DNA of 64,000 nucleotides, from contig OX597816.1 of assembly GCA_951406725.2 (NCBI GenBank), positions 1,984,001 through 2,048,000 of the forward strand, read 5' to 3'. Below, piece after piece: positions 41,844 through 54,308 of this stretch. The stretch's first letter is position 1. Every line of letters starts with the position of its first letter. This DNA is from Octopus vulgaris. Lineage: Eukaryota. A program made the translations under genes and the position numbers. Under the pieces are notes generated by a model. It searched no databases. It worked only from the letters and a program-made list of their open reading frames with translations, and was not told the origin of the DNA.

Positions 41844-43570
41844 TTAGACTTATACACACAATTTTCCAGTTCTTAATGATACACATATAACCTCTTATAA
41901 AGAAGGGCTTCATGTGGTTTACCGTTTGAATAGAAACTAATACATTTTAGTACCTTGATGACTAAACGTAAATGCTACAGCTGGGTGAGTCAAGAAACAG
42001 TCTATCGACTAAAATGCTTTGCTGCTTGCATATTTTCTTCAATGTTGTTCTTTGGCAAAGACAAGACATTTCACTCTAAATGTCTCAGCTTCTGTCACTG
42101 AATGTATGTTGAGGTTTAGCCACATGTCAGCTTGGATTGAGCCGGCCTATTTATTATATTTATTTACTTATTTTATATTGGAATTTCAAGTGTAACAGTA
42201 CTGAAGCTTACAAGTTTCCAATGGGTCAATCGGGGTGAGCTGTATATTGGCTGACCAACAGAGGAATCGGTTGAAAAACAAATTCCTCAAGGCTCTTCGT
42301 TCAGAAAGCATTGATTTTTTTCCCAGTATTCTTTCTGATGTTTATATCAGTTGTAGGCATGGATGTGTGACTAAGAAGTTTGCTGCCCAACCACATGGTT
42401 TCAGGTTCAGTCCTGCTGCATGGCATTTTAGGCAGGTGTCTTCTTCTATAGCCCAAGGCTGACCAAAGCCTTGTGTATAGATTTTGCTTACAGAAACTGA
42501 AAGAAACCCATTGCATGTATACATGTGTGTGTGGGAATTGGTATTTTCTCGTCTACATGTGTGTGCATTTGCCAATTGTAAGCACTGGCTTTGCTAACAG
42601 TTCTCATTTATTTGCAGTCCACATGGCTCTCTTGATGTGTCATGTGATTTTTGTAAACAAAAGGCCCGTTTGTTTGATGTTTTACCTCACTTGGAAACAA
42701 GTGGGATTTGGTGACAGGAAGGGCATCTGGTCATAGAAAACTCTGACTATCCCACTCCCCATTTGTTTGACCCATGCAAACCTGGAAGAGTAGGTGTGAC
42801 TGTGATGATTCCAATCATGACCATCCCTTTTGTTTTTTCCAAGTATGGTACTTATTTTGTAAGACTGAAAGGATATGATTTCAGAAAGATTTGGAAGTAA
42901 TTTGTAGCTGATTGAGCATCTCCATAGAAGAGGAGCCCTGTACTTTGTGCCACTGTGTATGTGCCACCTATTGATAGATATCTCTTATCAGCAAACACCT
43001 CACAAATGTCTGCTTATCTTAATTCATTCAATACAACTGGAATCTTGTTTGCTTATAACTTCATTTTGACAGAGGCCTCGCAATATTTAGAAAGATTTTA
43101 CTGCATGTACTGGAGGCCACCAGCACCAGTGAGTTTCCATGCAGCTTACAAGTCCAAGAGCTCTGAAAGAGGAGGTTTTATACAAAGTGATGATGGGTTG
43201 AAGTATGAGAGAAGGGGCCTAAGCAGGAAAGGTCTCTTGATTTATAAGGGCAATATGGCTATTCAAATTTTAGAAGTGCATTCTGGGAGGATGGATGTAT
43301 TTATATGCACGCGTGTGTGTACCCTTGTTTTGACATTGTAGGGTAGTGGTAAATAAACCTCACCAACATGGAAATATTTTTGTATGCTTAAAAATATTGT
43401 TTTTAATTAATTTACTTGGAGTGAAACGTACATTCTCTGGTCTTATAAAATGTACAACTTCTATGAATATGGAAATGGTTGAAGAAATAAATTGTGAGAA
43501 TAAATTCTTATCTTTGGTAAATTTAAAGTCTGTCTTTGAAACTAGTTTGGTTTTTCTGATTTTATGCTGT

Positions 43571-43933
43571 TATTCTTTTATTTGTTTCAGTCATTTGACT
43601 GCGGCCATGCAGGAGCATCGCCTTTAGTCGAGCAAATCGACCCCAGGACTTATTCTTTGTAAGCCTAGTACTTATTCTATCAGTCTCTTTTTCCGAACCG
43701 CTAAGTTATGGAGATGTAAACACAGCAGCATCAGTTGTCAAGCAATGTTGGGGGGAAAAACACAGACAAACAAATATATATATGATGGGCTTCTTTCAGT
43801 TTCTGTCTACCAAATCCACTCACAAGGTTTTGGTCGGCCCAAGGCTATAGTAGAAGACACTTGCCCAAGGGACTGAACCTGGAACCATGTGGTTGTTAAG
43901 CAAGCTTCTTACCACACAGCCACTCCTGCACCT
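43571..43933 (-). mobile_element. OR-like CORE SINE with CR1-type tail
   Basis: Collinear with 50371-50774. Head-to-head with an older copy at 44001-44250 (+). Confidence 0.88.
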
Positions 43934-44865
43934 ATGGTAACAAGTTTATAGAACTTTTGGTACCAACTGACATCTATTACATTGTTTCTCTTTGTAGAAT
44001 ATAGGCATGGCCGTGTGGTTAAGAAGCTTGATTTGCAACCACATTGTTTGGGGTTCAATCCTACTGTGCAAGTGTCTTCTATTATAAACTTGGGCTGATC
44101 AATGCCTTGTGAGTGAATTTGGAAGACACCCCCTGCGTAGAGGCTCGTATATGTCTGCTCCCCACTTGGCAACTGCAGTTGGTCCCTTAGTGGTTCATCA
44201 AAAGAGACCGATAGAATAAGTACTAAACTAACCTCTTCAAGGCTGATTCAGCAAACCCCCAAATCTTTTATGAACTGCTTCAATGTTCACATTAAATGCA
44301 ATGAACTAAATTTATTTAAAAGATGTTTTGTTTCTTTCCTATTTTTATTAAATAAATAGATTCAGTTAATAATTTCATTAAAAAAAAAAGCAACAAATGA
44401 TATGATAAAGAAAAAAAAAAGAAAGGTGCTTAGGTGGCTTTGACATGTGGTAAGATTAAATTGAAATGAGTAAAGAATAGAGGCAAAGCAGTTGAGGAGT
44501 AGTATTTCAATGGAAACAGTTGAGTTAATTAATTAAGTTAATCACCGATTATTTTAATCCAATTTCTTTTAGTTGGTCTCATTCTGTGTCTTTTTTGTGC
44601 CAGCTTTTGTATTATTGCCTATTGTATTCTAAACCCATTGTAGTTTGAAAGTCACCTCTTTTGTTTGCAAGTTGATTTAAAATATTTATTTAGCTGACAT
44701 TCACCATTACGAAGTCAGTTGATATGTCTCTTGTATGAAATCGGCCAGAAGAGATTCAGTACGGGATTTTTTTATTGAACAAATTAATAAAAAGAATGAT
44801 TTCGTTTTTGGATTTGGTTTGCAAGGTTCTTTATATGAGTTCGTGTGTTGAAGCATATTCTCTTG

Positions 44866-45037
44866 TGTCTGGGGAGAGTCATTTTCTTTTTGTGCCTTAT
44901 AATTTAACACACTCACTGGTAAAATTTCCACTTTTTTCTTATTTTTATTCTCCTGAGTGTGTTGTATTATAAGGCACAAAAAGAAAATGACTCTCCCCAG
45001 ACAGAATAAAAAGATAGAAAATTTGGAAGTTTTGCCA
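44866..45037. repeat. Interleaved inverted repeats A-B-A'-B'
   Basis: A 44866-44915 pairs with A' 44954-45003 (38 bp perfect core). B 44917-44951 pairs imperfectly with B' 45003-45037. Confidence 0.85.
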
Positions 45038-48000
45038 CCATTGTAGTAAAGGTCTGAGCATCGTTGTCACCATCATCATTGTTTGAATGCCCAGTTTTCC
45101 AGGCTTGCTTGGGTCAGACAGAATTGGTTGATGCAGATTTTCTATGATTAGACTCCCTTCTCACCACTCTTCACTACTTTCCATCCAAGTAAGGTCATAT
45201 TTTCCCATTGTTGGAGATGTTTACTCTGAAGATTGGAAACGAAGGACCCTGGTTGTGTGTGATCGTGATGCATGTTTGCACCTATCACATGATCTGAAGA
45301 CAAAGCAATACAAACAGACACTCCCATACACACACACACATGTCAGGCTTCTTCCAGTTTCCACCAACTAAATCCACTCACATGGCTTTGGTTGATTTAT
45401 GGGAAAATATTTTCCCTTTTTATTGGATTTTCATTTTGAGGTGGTTTATCTTGATTTAAGGGAATACTGATCAAATAGACCCCCCCTGAAGGTTCTGTTG
45501 TGAACGTTTAGTTACTCTGCATCTAACTAAAGGTTATAATAAGAACTGATTCAGTAAAGCATAACAGGTTAATTACAAGGTGAAGCTGAAATCGACTTCA
45601 CTGCTAATATTCTTCTGAAATTAATGTTTTCTGATAAATGATGCCCCATGTGATAACATCACAAAATAATAAAGAGAGAATAAAATTAAAAAAAAAAAAG
45701 CAAGAAAAAGTATTTTTATAAATTTAGCTTATAGTCTTTGGCTTGAACATGTTTTGTTATATTTTCATGGAATTGTTAGTTTTATTCTATTTTATTACAT
45801 AAAAACAAAAGCCCTTACATCATGGTGGAGGTTGGAGAAGTTCTTGGTAGGGTTTCTGCTGAATGAATCAGAGCATTTGAAGCATTCAAGCGAGGACTCG
45901 TTTTGGGCAAAAGAAAAAAAAAAAAGGATTATTTTGGTGCCTAAGCAAGGAGTTAAATGGTTGTGAATTCAGGATTTTTAATAATTTAGAGAGAAATACA
46001 TTGAGTATGCTCTGTTGTGTACAATGTTTATTTCTATGGACAAATCAAGAGACTGGCTGATTTATCAAAGACATTAGTTGATATTTATACAAGAGAGAAG
46101 ACATTTTTCTTGACAATTAAGGCATATAGACAATGTACGTCTAGTCAAGAAATGTGGTTTTGGAGGGGAGAGTAACTATAAGCAGATAAAAACCTTTCCT
46201 GTTATATTTCTTCTGAAATACACTGCATTTGTTAGAACTAATTTTGAAGATAGTGATAAGATTGATGGTTAATGCTTTAGTTAACATATTCCCTGTTCAA
46301 ATGCACTGCCTTTTGTTCAACCAATTTTGATGCAGTAAAGAATTTAGTGGAATAACTGTTAGAAAACTGCTGTTTGGAAGATGAAATTTTAATGGAAGCT
46401 TTTAATTTATATAGCTTTAAAACAGGACATTTTGTAATAGCTGTTGTTTATAAAATTGCCACCACAAGAATTAAGACTTTTTAAAGCTGTTTGTGGTTTC
46501 TGGAGTTGGTAGGAACATTAAAGATTTTCCACAAATGGTTGTGTGTAAAACAAAACTGGGACTTTTGAAAGCAATATTACTGAAAGGGTAATTCCAGACG
46601 TTTGAAATGTAGAAAAGAATATTTATAATGGAAGAAAAGTAGAATGGGAAAAACGCCTTGTTGGGTAGTAGCTTTTTTTAAAACTAAAACACTGTATTTC
46701 TATGTCTTTTCTCTGTTTTCTAATTGAATATCTCTTTCCTTGGAATGCCGTGACCACCAATAACAACAACACATTCTGCTTTGTTTAACAATTTTATTTT
46801 CAACCCACCCGAGACCACCATTGGTTCTCTGATACAAAATTCCTGTTTGAATGCAGAGTAAATTAAAACTTTCCATCGAAATTTTCGTGTTAATATATGG
46901 TCCAAACCCCAACTTAACAAAAACAATAGTTATTTTATTAAATGCTTCATCATCATCATCGTTTAACGTCCGTTTTCCGCGCTAGCATGGGTTGGACGGT
47001 TCGACCGGGGTCTGGGAAGCCAGGGGCTGCACCAGGCTCCAGTCTGATCTGGCACAGTTTCTACAGCTGGATGCCCTTCCTAACGCCAACCACCCCGAGA
47101 GTGTAGTGGGTGCTTTTTACGTGCCAAAATCAACTGAGGCAAAGATGCTGTAAATCAACAGAAATATGGTAACAAAATACTTAAATAGGTTTGCTTGAAT
47201 ATATTTATCCCTCTATAAACTGTGCAGATGTTATGGGTTAAGAGCGTTACCAGAATACACCATATTCCTAGGTGCTCCTTCTTAACGTATGCCAACGAAA
47301 ATATGATAAATATAACAGCGAAATTTTGCTGACATAAATTCGTGGCCCGTTAACATTATCTAATAAAGTTTATTTATATCTACATCTTGTTTGCTGAATG
47401 ATTTTTATTCGGCTTCTTTTCCCTCTTTATTAAAAAAGAGAAAAGAAGCAAGAAGAAGCCGTCCGTAATTCTCTATCAAATAGTCAAGATGTGCTGATAT
47501 GTAAATAGCTTAGTTGAGTAAATAACTTTGGAAGGGAAATGTTTTGCTATTTCTTTTGATAGTTCATTTCTTTTTTTGATAGTTGCTGTTATCTGTAAAG
47601 TTGTTAATCTCACATAAGTATTAGTGCAAGAGAAATTAAATACATTGAAGTTGTTTGTTTTAAGATTTTATCTTCGTTCTTTATATAGATGAAATGATTA
47701 AAGCAGGTTGTCTTAAACATTTTCTCCACTCATTCAGTATTGAAAAAAAACAAACAAAACATATATAAACTGGCAGAATTCTTCTAATTTTGTTTATTTT
47801 TCTTTGTTTTGAAGTTTAACTGAATTGAATTTTTGTTTTAATTCACATAAAAATGTTGCTTGTTCGGTTATACTTTAACATATAAAGCCTTTAAAATTAG
47901 TTATAGGTCAGTGAGGCTACTACATCGAGCTATAAAGACTAGATTCAGTCTTCAGACTGTGGCCATGTTGGGGCACCACCATGAATGATTTTAGTCGAAC

Positions 48001-48165
48001 GAATCGACTCCAGTACTTAATTTTGTAAAGCCTAGTACTTATTCTGTTGATCTCTTTTGTCAAGCCGCTAAGTTATGAGAACGTATACACACCTCCGAAA
48101 TCTACTCATCATGCTTTGGTCGGCCCTAGGCCATAATTAGAAGACACTTGCCCAAGGGACCACTG

Positions 48166-48480
48166 GGAGGTTCTTGTTTTGCCACACTGTATAATATTAA
48201 GACATCTCTTAATTTACCTCCTATTTTGCTTGTGTGGACTCACTAAAATCTTATATGGATCCCCGGGAATCATATGGACCACTGATTCAAATACGATATG
48301 CAGGATGCGTCAGGAAAACCTCCCATATTTTACACAGTTACTGATTGGTATGGCGCTTGTGAAATGGTGGCAATGGCGTCTTCGTGTTGCTTGTGTTTCA
48401 CCTCTACATTTTTGTTATGATCGTGGTGTCGACGCTGTGTTTGTTGTTAAAAAGTTTATACAGAATAGGGAATCTACGAG
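48166..48480 (+). mobile_element. Tc1/mariner-type TIR remnants and a decayed transposase N-terminus
   Basis: GGGAGGTTCTTGTTTTGCCACACTGTA (48166) and TGCAGGATGCGTCAGGAAAACCTCCC (48299) are imperfect inverted copies. AVFVVKKFIQNRES resembles a Tc1/mariner N-terminal HTH. Confidence 0.4.
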
Positions 48481-48916
48481 AAGGTTTTTCTTTCTGCATG
48501 TTGTAAAAGTGCTGCTGACCAAACTTGAACTGTTTTCTCGCTTTACTTAAATGACTTTCCACAATTTATCTGCTGTGTTGTTATATAACGATATTTGTAT
48601 CTTTTGATGACAAGGTTTTGGGAATTATCTTTAACTGAAACAAAATAAACCGATAAATCAATGTATTTTATATCGATTTCTTGCATTCGTATTGAGTATA
48701 GTTGTTCAATTGGCAGATGTCTAGCCATTATTTCATTTAACTGCGTGGGATTAGTGCACAGGTCACACAAATAGACCAAGGTCAAATGGTATGATTTCTG
48801 TCACAATTCTTGGATTTTTTTATTTATTTATTATTGATTGATGAGTAGTAGAAAGGATTAAGCAATCAATGTATTGGTTTGATGGGGGAAATTTTAAAGT
48901 TTTCTTTTTTCTCCCC

Positions 48917-49090
48917 AGCGAGTTGGCAGAATTGTTAGCACGACAGACAAACTGCTTAGCGGCATTTCTTCCGGTTCTTTACGTTCTGAGTTCAAATGTC
49001 GCCAAGGTCGACTTCACCTTTCATCATTTTGGGATCGATGAAATAAGTAGAAGTTGAGCACTGGAGTCGATGTAAATGGTTAATCGCCCA
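48917..49090 (+). mobile_element. OK-like SINE, older copy
   Basis: GCGAGTTGGCAGAATTGTTAGCACG..GTTCTGAGTTCAAAT..GGTCGACTTCACCTTTCATC. A minus-strand 3' fragment also lies at 49892-49990. Confidence 0.8.
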
Positions 49091-49228
49091 CCCCCTTCGA
49101 TTACTGAAAGAATTAAGTGTGATTAGTTGAAGGGAGAGGCGAAAGTCTTTTGGTATTAAATACTGCTTCTGTCGCTTAGAATTATTTTTAGGAGGAGAAA
49201 AGGGATCGCCATAATGTTAAGTGTTTAA

Positions 49229-49708
49229 ATAGTGGAAGGTAAAGGGGGGGAAGAGAGAAGGCGAGTGGAAGGTGGAGGGAGAGAGAGAGGGAAGGCGAGT
49301 GGAAGGTAAAGGGGGGAAGAGAGAAGGCGAGTGGAAGGTAGAGGGAGAGAGAGAGGGAAGGCGAGTGGAAGGTAAAGGGGGGGAAGAGAGAAGGCGAGTG
49401 GAAGGTAGAGGGAGAGAGAGAGGGAAGGCGAGTGGGAGGTAGAGGGAGAGAGAGAGGGAAGGCGAGTGGAAGGTAGAGGGAGAGAGAGGGAAGGCGAGTG
49501 GAAGGTAGAGGGAGAGAGAGAGAGGGAAGGCGAGTGGAAGGTAGAGGGAGAGAGAGAGAGGGAAGGCGAGTGGAAGGTAGAGGGAGAGAGAGGGAAGGCG
49601 AGTGGAAGGTAGAGGGAGAGAGAGAGGTAGTAGGTAGAGTGGGGAAGGTGTTTAGCGCAAAGGGACGTGATGGAGTTGAAAGGAGAGAAAGAGAGAGAGA
49701 GAGAGAGG
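49229..49708. repeat. Purine-rich ~30-36 bp minisatellite (GAAGGCGAGTGGAAGGTAGAGGGAGAGAGAG)n
   Basis: About 12 visible units followed by (AG)n. Confidence 0.95.
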
Positions 49709-50246
49709 GAGATTTTGCTGAAGGGATGGCGGCGTCGATATATCTTTATCCACAAAGATGGATGGCCAAATAGCAGCGAAGTGAAGTAACCCTCGTTAGC
49801 AAATAGCTGTGGATGTGACACTTTTGTGTTCCAGCCCAAAGGCCGTGGCCATGCATATGTGCAACAGAAAGAAAATTCGATATGATAGATATATTTCTTT
49901 ATTGCCCACAAGGGGCTAAACATAGAGGGGACAAACAAGGACAGACAAAGGGGTTAAGTCGATTACATCGACCCCAGTGCGTAACTGGTACAGGTCTACA
50001 CATATATCCATGATTGGCAAATATATTTGAGTTTTTCCAGCGCATCTCCCTTGTCACTTTCTCCGTTTTGTCTGCTAGGACCACGAGGCAGTTCCTCTCC
50101 TTAAATTCTTAGATCCATGCAATAATTTGTTATTTTAATTCTGCTGTCACTCTTCTCTGTCATGCAACCATTTAATGCCATTTATTTAGGTTTGTTACAG
50201 ATGCGTATAATGCTGAAGGAGTTGTTTTTGAGTAGGAAAAATTAAA

Positions 50247-50898
50247 GGCTACTACTTGAGAACAGTGGTCCCGGTGCACGCTCTCGCGCATTTGCGCCAG
50301 CTAGTCATGACTAGTCGATCCTTACTTTGTGTTTTTGTGTTTTATTTACTTTGTCTAACAAAAATTATTTACTTTACTCTTTACTCTTTTACTTGTTTCA
50401 GTCATTTGACTGCGGCCATGCTGGAGCACCGCCTTTAGTCGAGCAAATCGACCCCGGGACTTATTCTTTGTAAGCCCAGTACTTATTCTATCGGTCTCTT
50501 TTGCCGAACCGCTAAGTGACGGGGACATAGACACACCAGCATCGGTTGTCAAGCAATGCTAGAGGGACAAACACAGACACACAAACACACACACATACAC
50601 ACACATATATACGACAGGCTTCTTTCAGTTTCTGTCTACCAAATCCACTCACAAGGCATTGGTCGGCCCGGGGCTATAGCAGAAGACACTTGCCCAAGAT
50701 GCCACCCAGTGGGACTGAACCCGGAACCATGTGGCTGATTAGCAAGCTACTTACCACACAGCCACTCCTGCGCCTTTGTGTAAAAAAATTATTTATTTTG
50801 TGTTTTATTTACTTTGCTAGGTAGTCGTTGTAGGATCGACTAGTCACGACTAGCTGGCGCAGGTGCGCGCTCCGGGACCACTGTTCGCTAGTAGTACC
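50247..50898. mobile_element. MITE with ~70 bp GC-rich TIRs and a 7-9 bp TSD, split by a SINE
   Basis: TIRs at 50247-50322 and 50832-50898 (CAGTGGTCCCGG..GCGCCAGCTAGTC..GACTAGTCGATCCT and its reverse complement). AATTAAAGG at 50240-50248 and 50899-50907. Confidence 0.85.
50371..50774 (-). mobile_element. Young full-length OR-like CORE SINE with CR1-type tail
   Basis: Head AGGCGCAGGAGTGGCTGTGTGGTAAG and CORE-like ATCTTGGGCAAGT. A ~20 bp TSD TTTGTCTAACAAAAATTATTT / TTTGTGTAAAAAAATTATTT. Confidence 0.92.
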
Positions 50899-50984
50899 AA
50901 TTAAAGGAGGTGATGGTGCGAGTAGATATTGAAGGAGGTGGTGGTTGGACAGCAATCAGTATATTTTTTTTATATTTTTCTCTT

Positions 50985-51116
50985 ATCACCCCCCCCCCCC
51001 CCGCTTCTCCATTCACGCATGCGCTTCAGCGCACTAAATTATCATCTGCTCCATTGAAACTTGCAAAAAAAATGGACAACAGCAGACGATGGAAGCGAAG
51101 AATGAGAAAGTTGAGG
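50985..51116 (+). promoter_or_regulatory. Candidate promoter and short first exon
   Basis: Poly-C tract, NRF1-like CGCATGCGC (~51016), ATGs at 51072 (AAAATGG) and 51089 (ACGATGG), strong donor AGG|GTAAGG at 51116/51117. CpG content drops after this point. Confidence 0.5.
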
Positions 51117-51789
51117 GTAAGGTGTTTGTTTTTGTTTTAGCTTTATTCAAATAACTGTAATCAGGTCTGTTAAACCTTCATTAACGTGTATACTCTGGCA
51201 GAATAACAATGTCTTGCTAAGAAGCCTTTCAACATTATCCACCACTCATGGCGACTATTTTCACTTCAATATTTCTACCATTTATGGACATACCAGTCTT
51301 TTGTTATCATATTTCTGCAGAAATATCCTGGCTTTGTTTCGGTCAACTTTAAAAATAATGAAGAAGTTAGTAAAATAAGTTCTGTCATTATTCAGACTGG
51401 TATTTCGAACATAGATTAACATGGAATTGAAATGGAAGGTTTTAATTTCGATCATTTAATAACAGGCTGTTTGTATCAAGGAATCAGGGATGGCCTTGGA
51501 CAGGTTGGTATAAAAAGGCTTTGGCTTATTTAATTGATCTCTTTTATAAGCATTTCTGAACAGAGCTGCAGAGTTAAAGCAATTATGGGTTTACTGGATG
51601 TGGAATTAGAATTGATATTTAAAAAATATAAAGTTGCTTCAGATGGTCACTCTGTTCTTTGATGTACTTAAGGTTTTTTTTTTGATTGCTAACCAAAGAT
51701 GTTCCTGGTTTATTGTATTTTATAGTTTATTTCTTTTGTATACTTTTATTTTATAAAACTTTGATAACAAAAACTTTTTAATTTTGTAA

Positions 51790-52040
51790 GTATTGAAAGC
51801 CATACCAACCCTTAAACTGAATACCACTGCATAGTACCAAAGACGCCACCCTCTCTTTCTAGAGTAAGGACTGAATAATGTAACAGCTTAGGGTTCAAGG
51901 GTCTAAAGCTTTTCAGTACCTTGCCCAAAAACTTCAGATCTAAGAGGCATAGAAGTGTTCAAAGAACATTTAGACAAATTTTTATCTGAGATACCAGATG
52001 AAACTACATCATACCAAGAAATGCAAATAAAGGCAGCTTT
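51790..52040 (+). mobile_element. Old, diverged CR1 3' coding fragment
   Basis: HCIVPKTP..NSLGFKGLKLFSTLPK..VFKEHLDKFLSEIPDE aligns with the C-terminus of the 52907 ORF. Confidence 0.75.
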
Positions 52041-52122
52041 GCTTTCTGTAGTCTTCTACCATATTCCCTGGTTAGCCAACTCCTTGTGAGTGGATTTGAT
52101 AGATGGAAACTGAAAGAAACCA

Positions 52123-52170
<48 letters not shown>

Positions 52171-52175
52171 TAAAT

Positions 52176-52436
52176 GGGGTAGAAAGGGCTCCTTAGCCGT
52201 AGTGAAGGCAATCTATCTAGGGAGATAACCTTACAATAAATCACTGGATCCGTAGCTTAGAAATACTGGGTTGACGTCCAGCGGGAACAGCTTTGTTTCA
52301 TGGAGGAGGAAAGATCTTCTTTAGTACTTGGTTGTACAATGCTTTCCAATGTGTGTAGTAGTGGCGCGCGCACACATTATTAGCCATTTGAAAAGACTAT
52401 GAAAGTCTCGACCACGGTCGAACAATGATGATGATG
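52176..52436 (+). mobile_element. Unclassified young (ATG)n-tailed retroposon
   Basis: CpG-rich insert ending GACCACGGTCGAACA(ATG)n, flanked by the 10 bp direct repeat ATGAATAAAT (52166-52175 and 52437-52446). Confidence 0.7.
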
Positions 52437-52811
52437 ATGAATAAATCAAAGTTATTGTTTTTCATGCCCACTTTTCCAAGCCTGCATGGGATGGGCAGTT
52501 TACTGAAGTAGATTTTCTACAACTGAGTGCCCTTCCTGTCACTAACCCTCACCTATTTCCAAAGAAGGTAATATTTCCCCATAGCCAGACATATCTCCAT
52601 ACAGAATATTGGAAATGAACAACACTGCTTGTATGGCAGTGACACTCATTTACAACTCACACAATGCCAAGTCACATGTGTATGTACATGGGTGTGTGTG
52701 CATGTGTGTTTGTGTCACTTTGTTTTGACATATGATAGTTGTAAAATAAGTATCACTATCATACAAGCTGTATCCTTTGTTTACAATCTTCTGTAAAAAA
52801 CAAACAAACAT

Positions 52812-53392
52812 ATTGATTGATTGATTGATTGATTGATTCTAGTTTCAGCTTATGAGCTGTGGCCATGCTGGGGCACTGCCATTTGGTGTTGCTACTTGGT
52901 TTCACTTCATGGAGGCTTTCTAGCAACTGCTATTTGGTGCATGAGAGAGTTCGATGCAGCTACCCTCATCTGCCCCTCCTGCCGTGAAGTTGGTTCATCT
53001 GGGACACCTGACAGGAAGAGATCCAGCTTCATTTTAAAGACATCTGTATCCACCCCATGCAGGTCTCTCAGGTTCTTCGGGAGGATATTGAAGAGCTGTG
53101 GGCCTCGGAAGCCCAGGCTATCACAGAATCTTGTCCTACATCTTGATGGCAGGTTTGGAGTCCTAGGCACCACGCAGTGGCGCCCAGTTCTGGCATTTGC
53201 GTAACTCTCGATGCCAAAGTTCAGGACACTTCCCTCCAGGATCTTCCAGATGTATATTATGGCATATCTTTCCCGCCTACGCTCCAGGGAATATAATTTT
53301 AATCTCTTGAGTCTTTCCCAGTAGCTTACATTCTGCATAGAGGCTATCTTCTTTGTGTAGCTTCGTTGGATCGCCTCAAGTTCTGTGATCAA
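52812..53392 (-). mobile_element. 5'-truncated CR1 copy with (ATCA)n tail, inserted into an old SINE
   Basis: ORF 52907-53470 LITELEAIQRSYTKKI..LYSLERRRERY matches 19785-20320. Confidence 0.92.
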
Positions 53393-54269
53393 CCATATAC
53401 AACCATGGAGAAATATTTCTTTGCTTGGTAGCTGGAAGAGCATCTGGCCATAGAAAATCTGCCTCAACAAATTCTATCTGATGTTAAAAGATGATGATGA
53501 AAGTAAATTTAAATGTTTGAATATCAATTCTGAAGTTCATTTAATCTTCATATTTGAAATTATATGTAACTTGTATCCTATCAAAAATGGATGTTAACCA
53601 GGTGATAATGAGGATAATGATAACTGTGTGTTGTATGTTCAAAGAATGAATGATTTATGTTAAATACATTTAAAAACAAAAGTGTATATATGAAGAGATT
53701 ATTAAAGATTGATAACCTTTGACCAAGTAACCTAAATGAAGTCTGGGTCAGTGTAAACAGGATTGATGTTAAGCTCTTAATAACCAGCTGAAGAATAAAT
53801 CGACTGCTGCTTTATCATTGAAACTATAAGTTGTATTACCATTTTATGATGGCTACTTATTTTAGAAAGCTTCCAAAGACACAAAAGAAAACATTTCATT
53901 CTGTAGTTGGAATTGCATTTTCTAATAATCTGTCAAATGTCATTTTCTTTGAAGTTTTTAATGTTGTAACCTCTTCATTTCATTTATTTCTATGATTCTT
54001 GTTCTTGTTTGATGTAGCAACATTGCTTTGGAAATCAAAGATTAAAATTGCCTCTTCTACAGAAGTCAGATAGAAAGAGATAGCTGGAAGCATTTTATTT
54101 CAAATGTTGCCATAAATCTAAGTCCTTTCAGTTGGAACAAGCAGAGGCAGTGCTAATGTACCTTTAAACGTAATCCAAGCATTTTCATTTGCCAAGTTAT
54201 CTTTCTGTATATTAGCTTCTGGCATTATTTCACATGTCCTTTTATTTCTAACTTGCCTTTATTTATATT

Positions 54270-54308
54270 TCTTCCCCCCAAATTTTTTTTTTTTTGCTAC
54301 AGGTAACT
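54270..54308 (+). other. AG|GT recursive-splice-like site
   Basis: CTTCCCCCCAAA(T)13GCTACAG is immediately followed by GTAACT. Confidence 0.35.
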
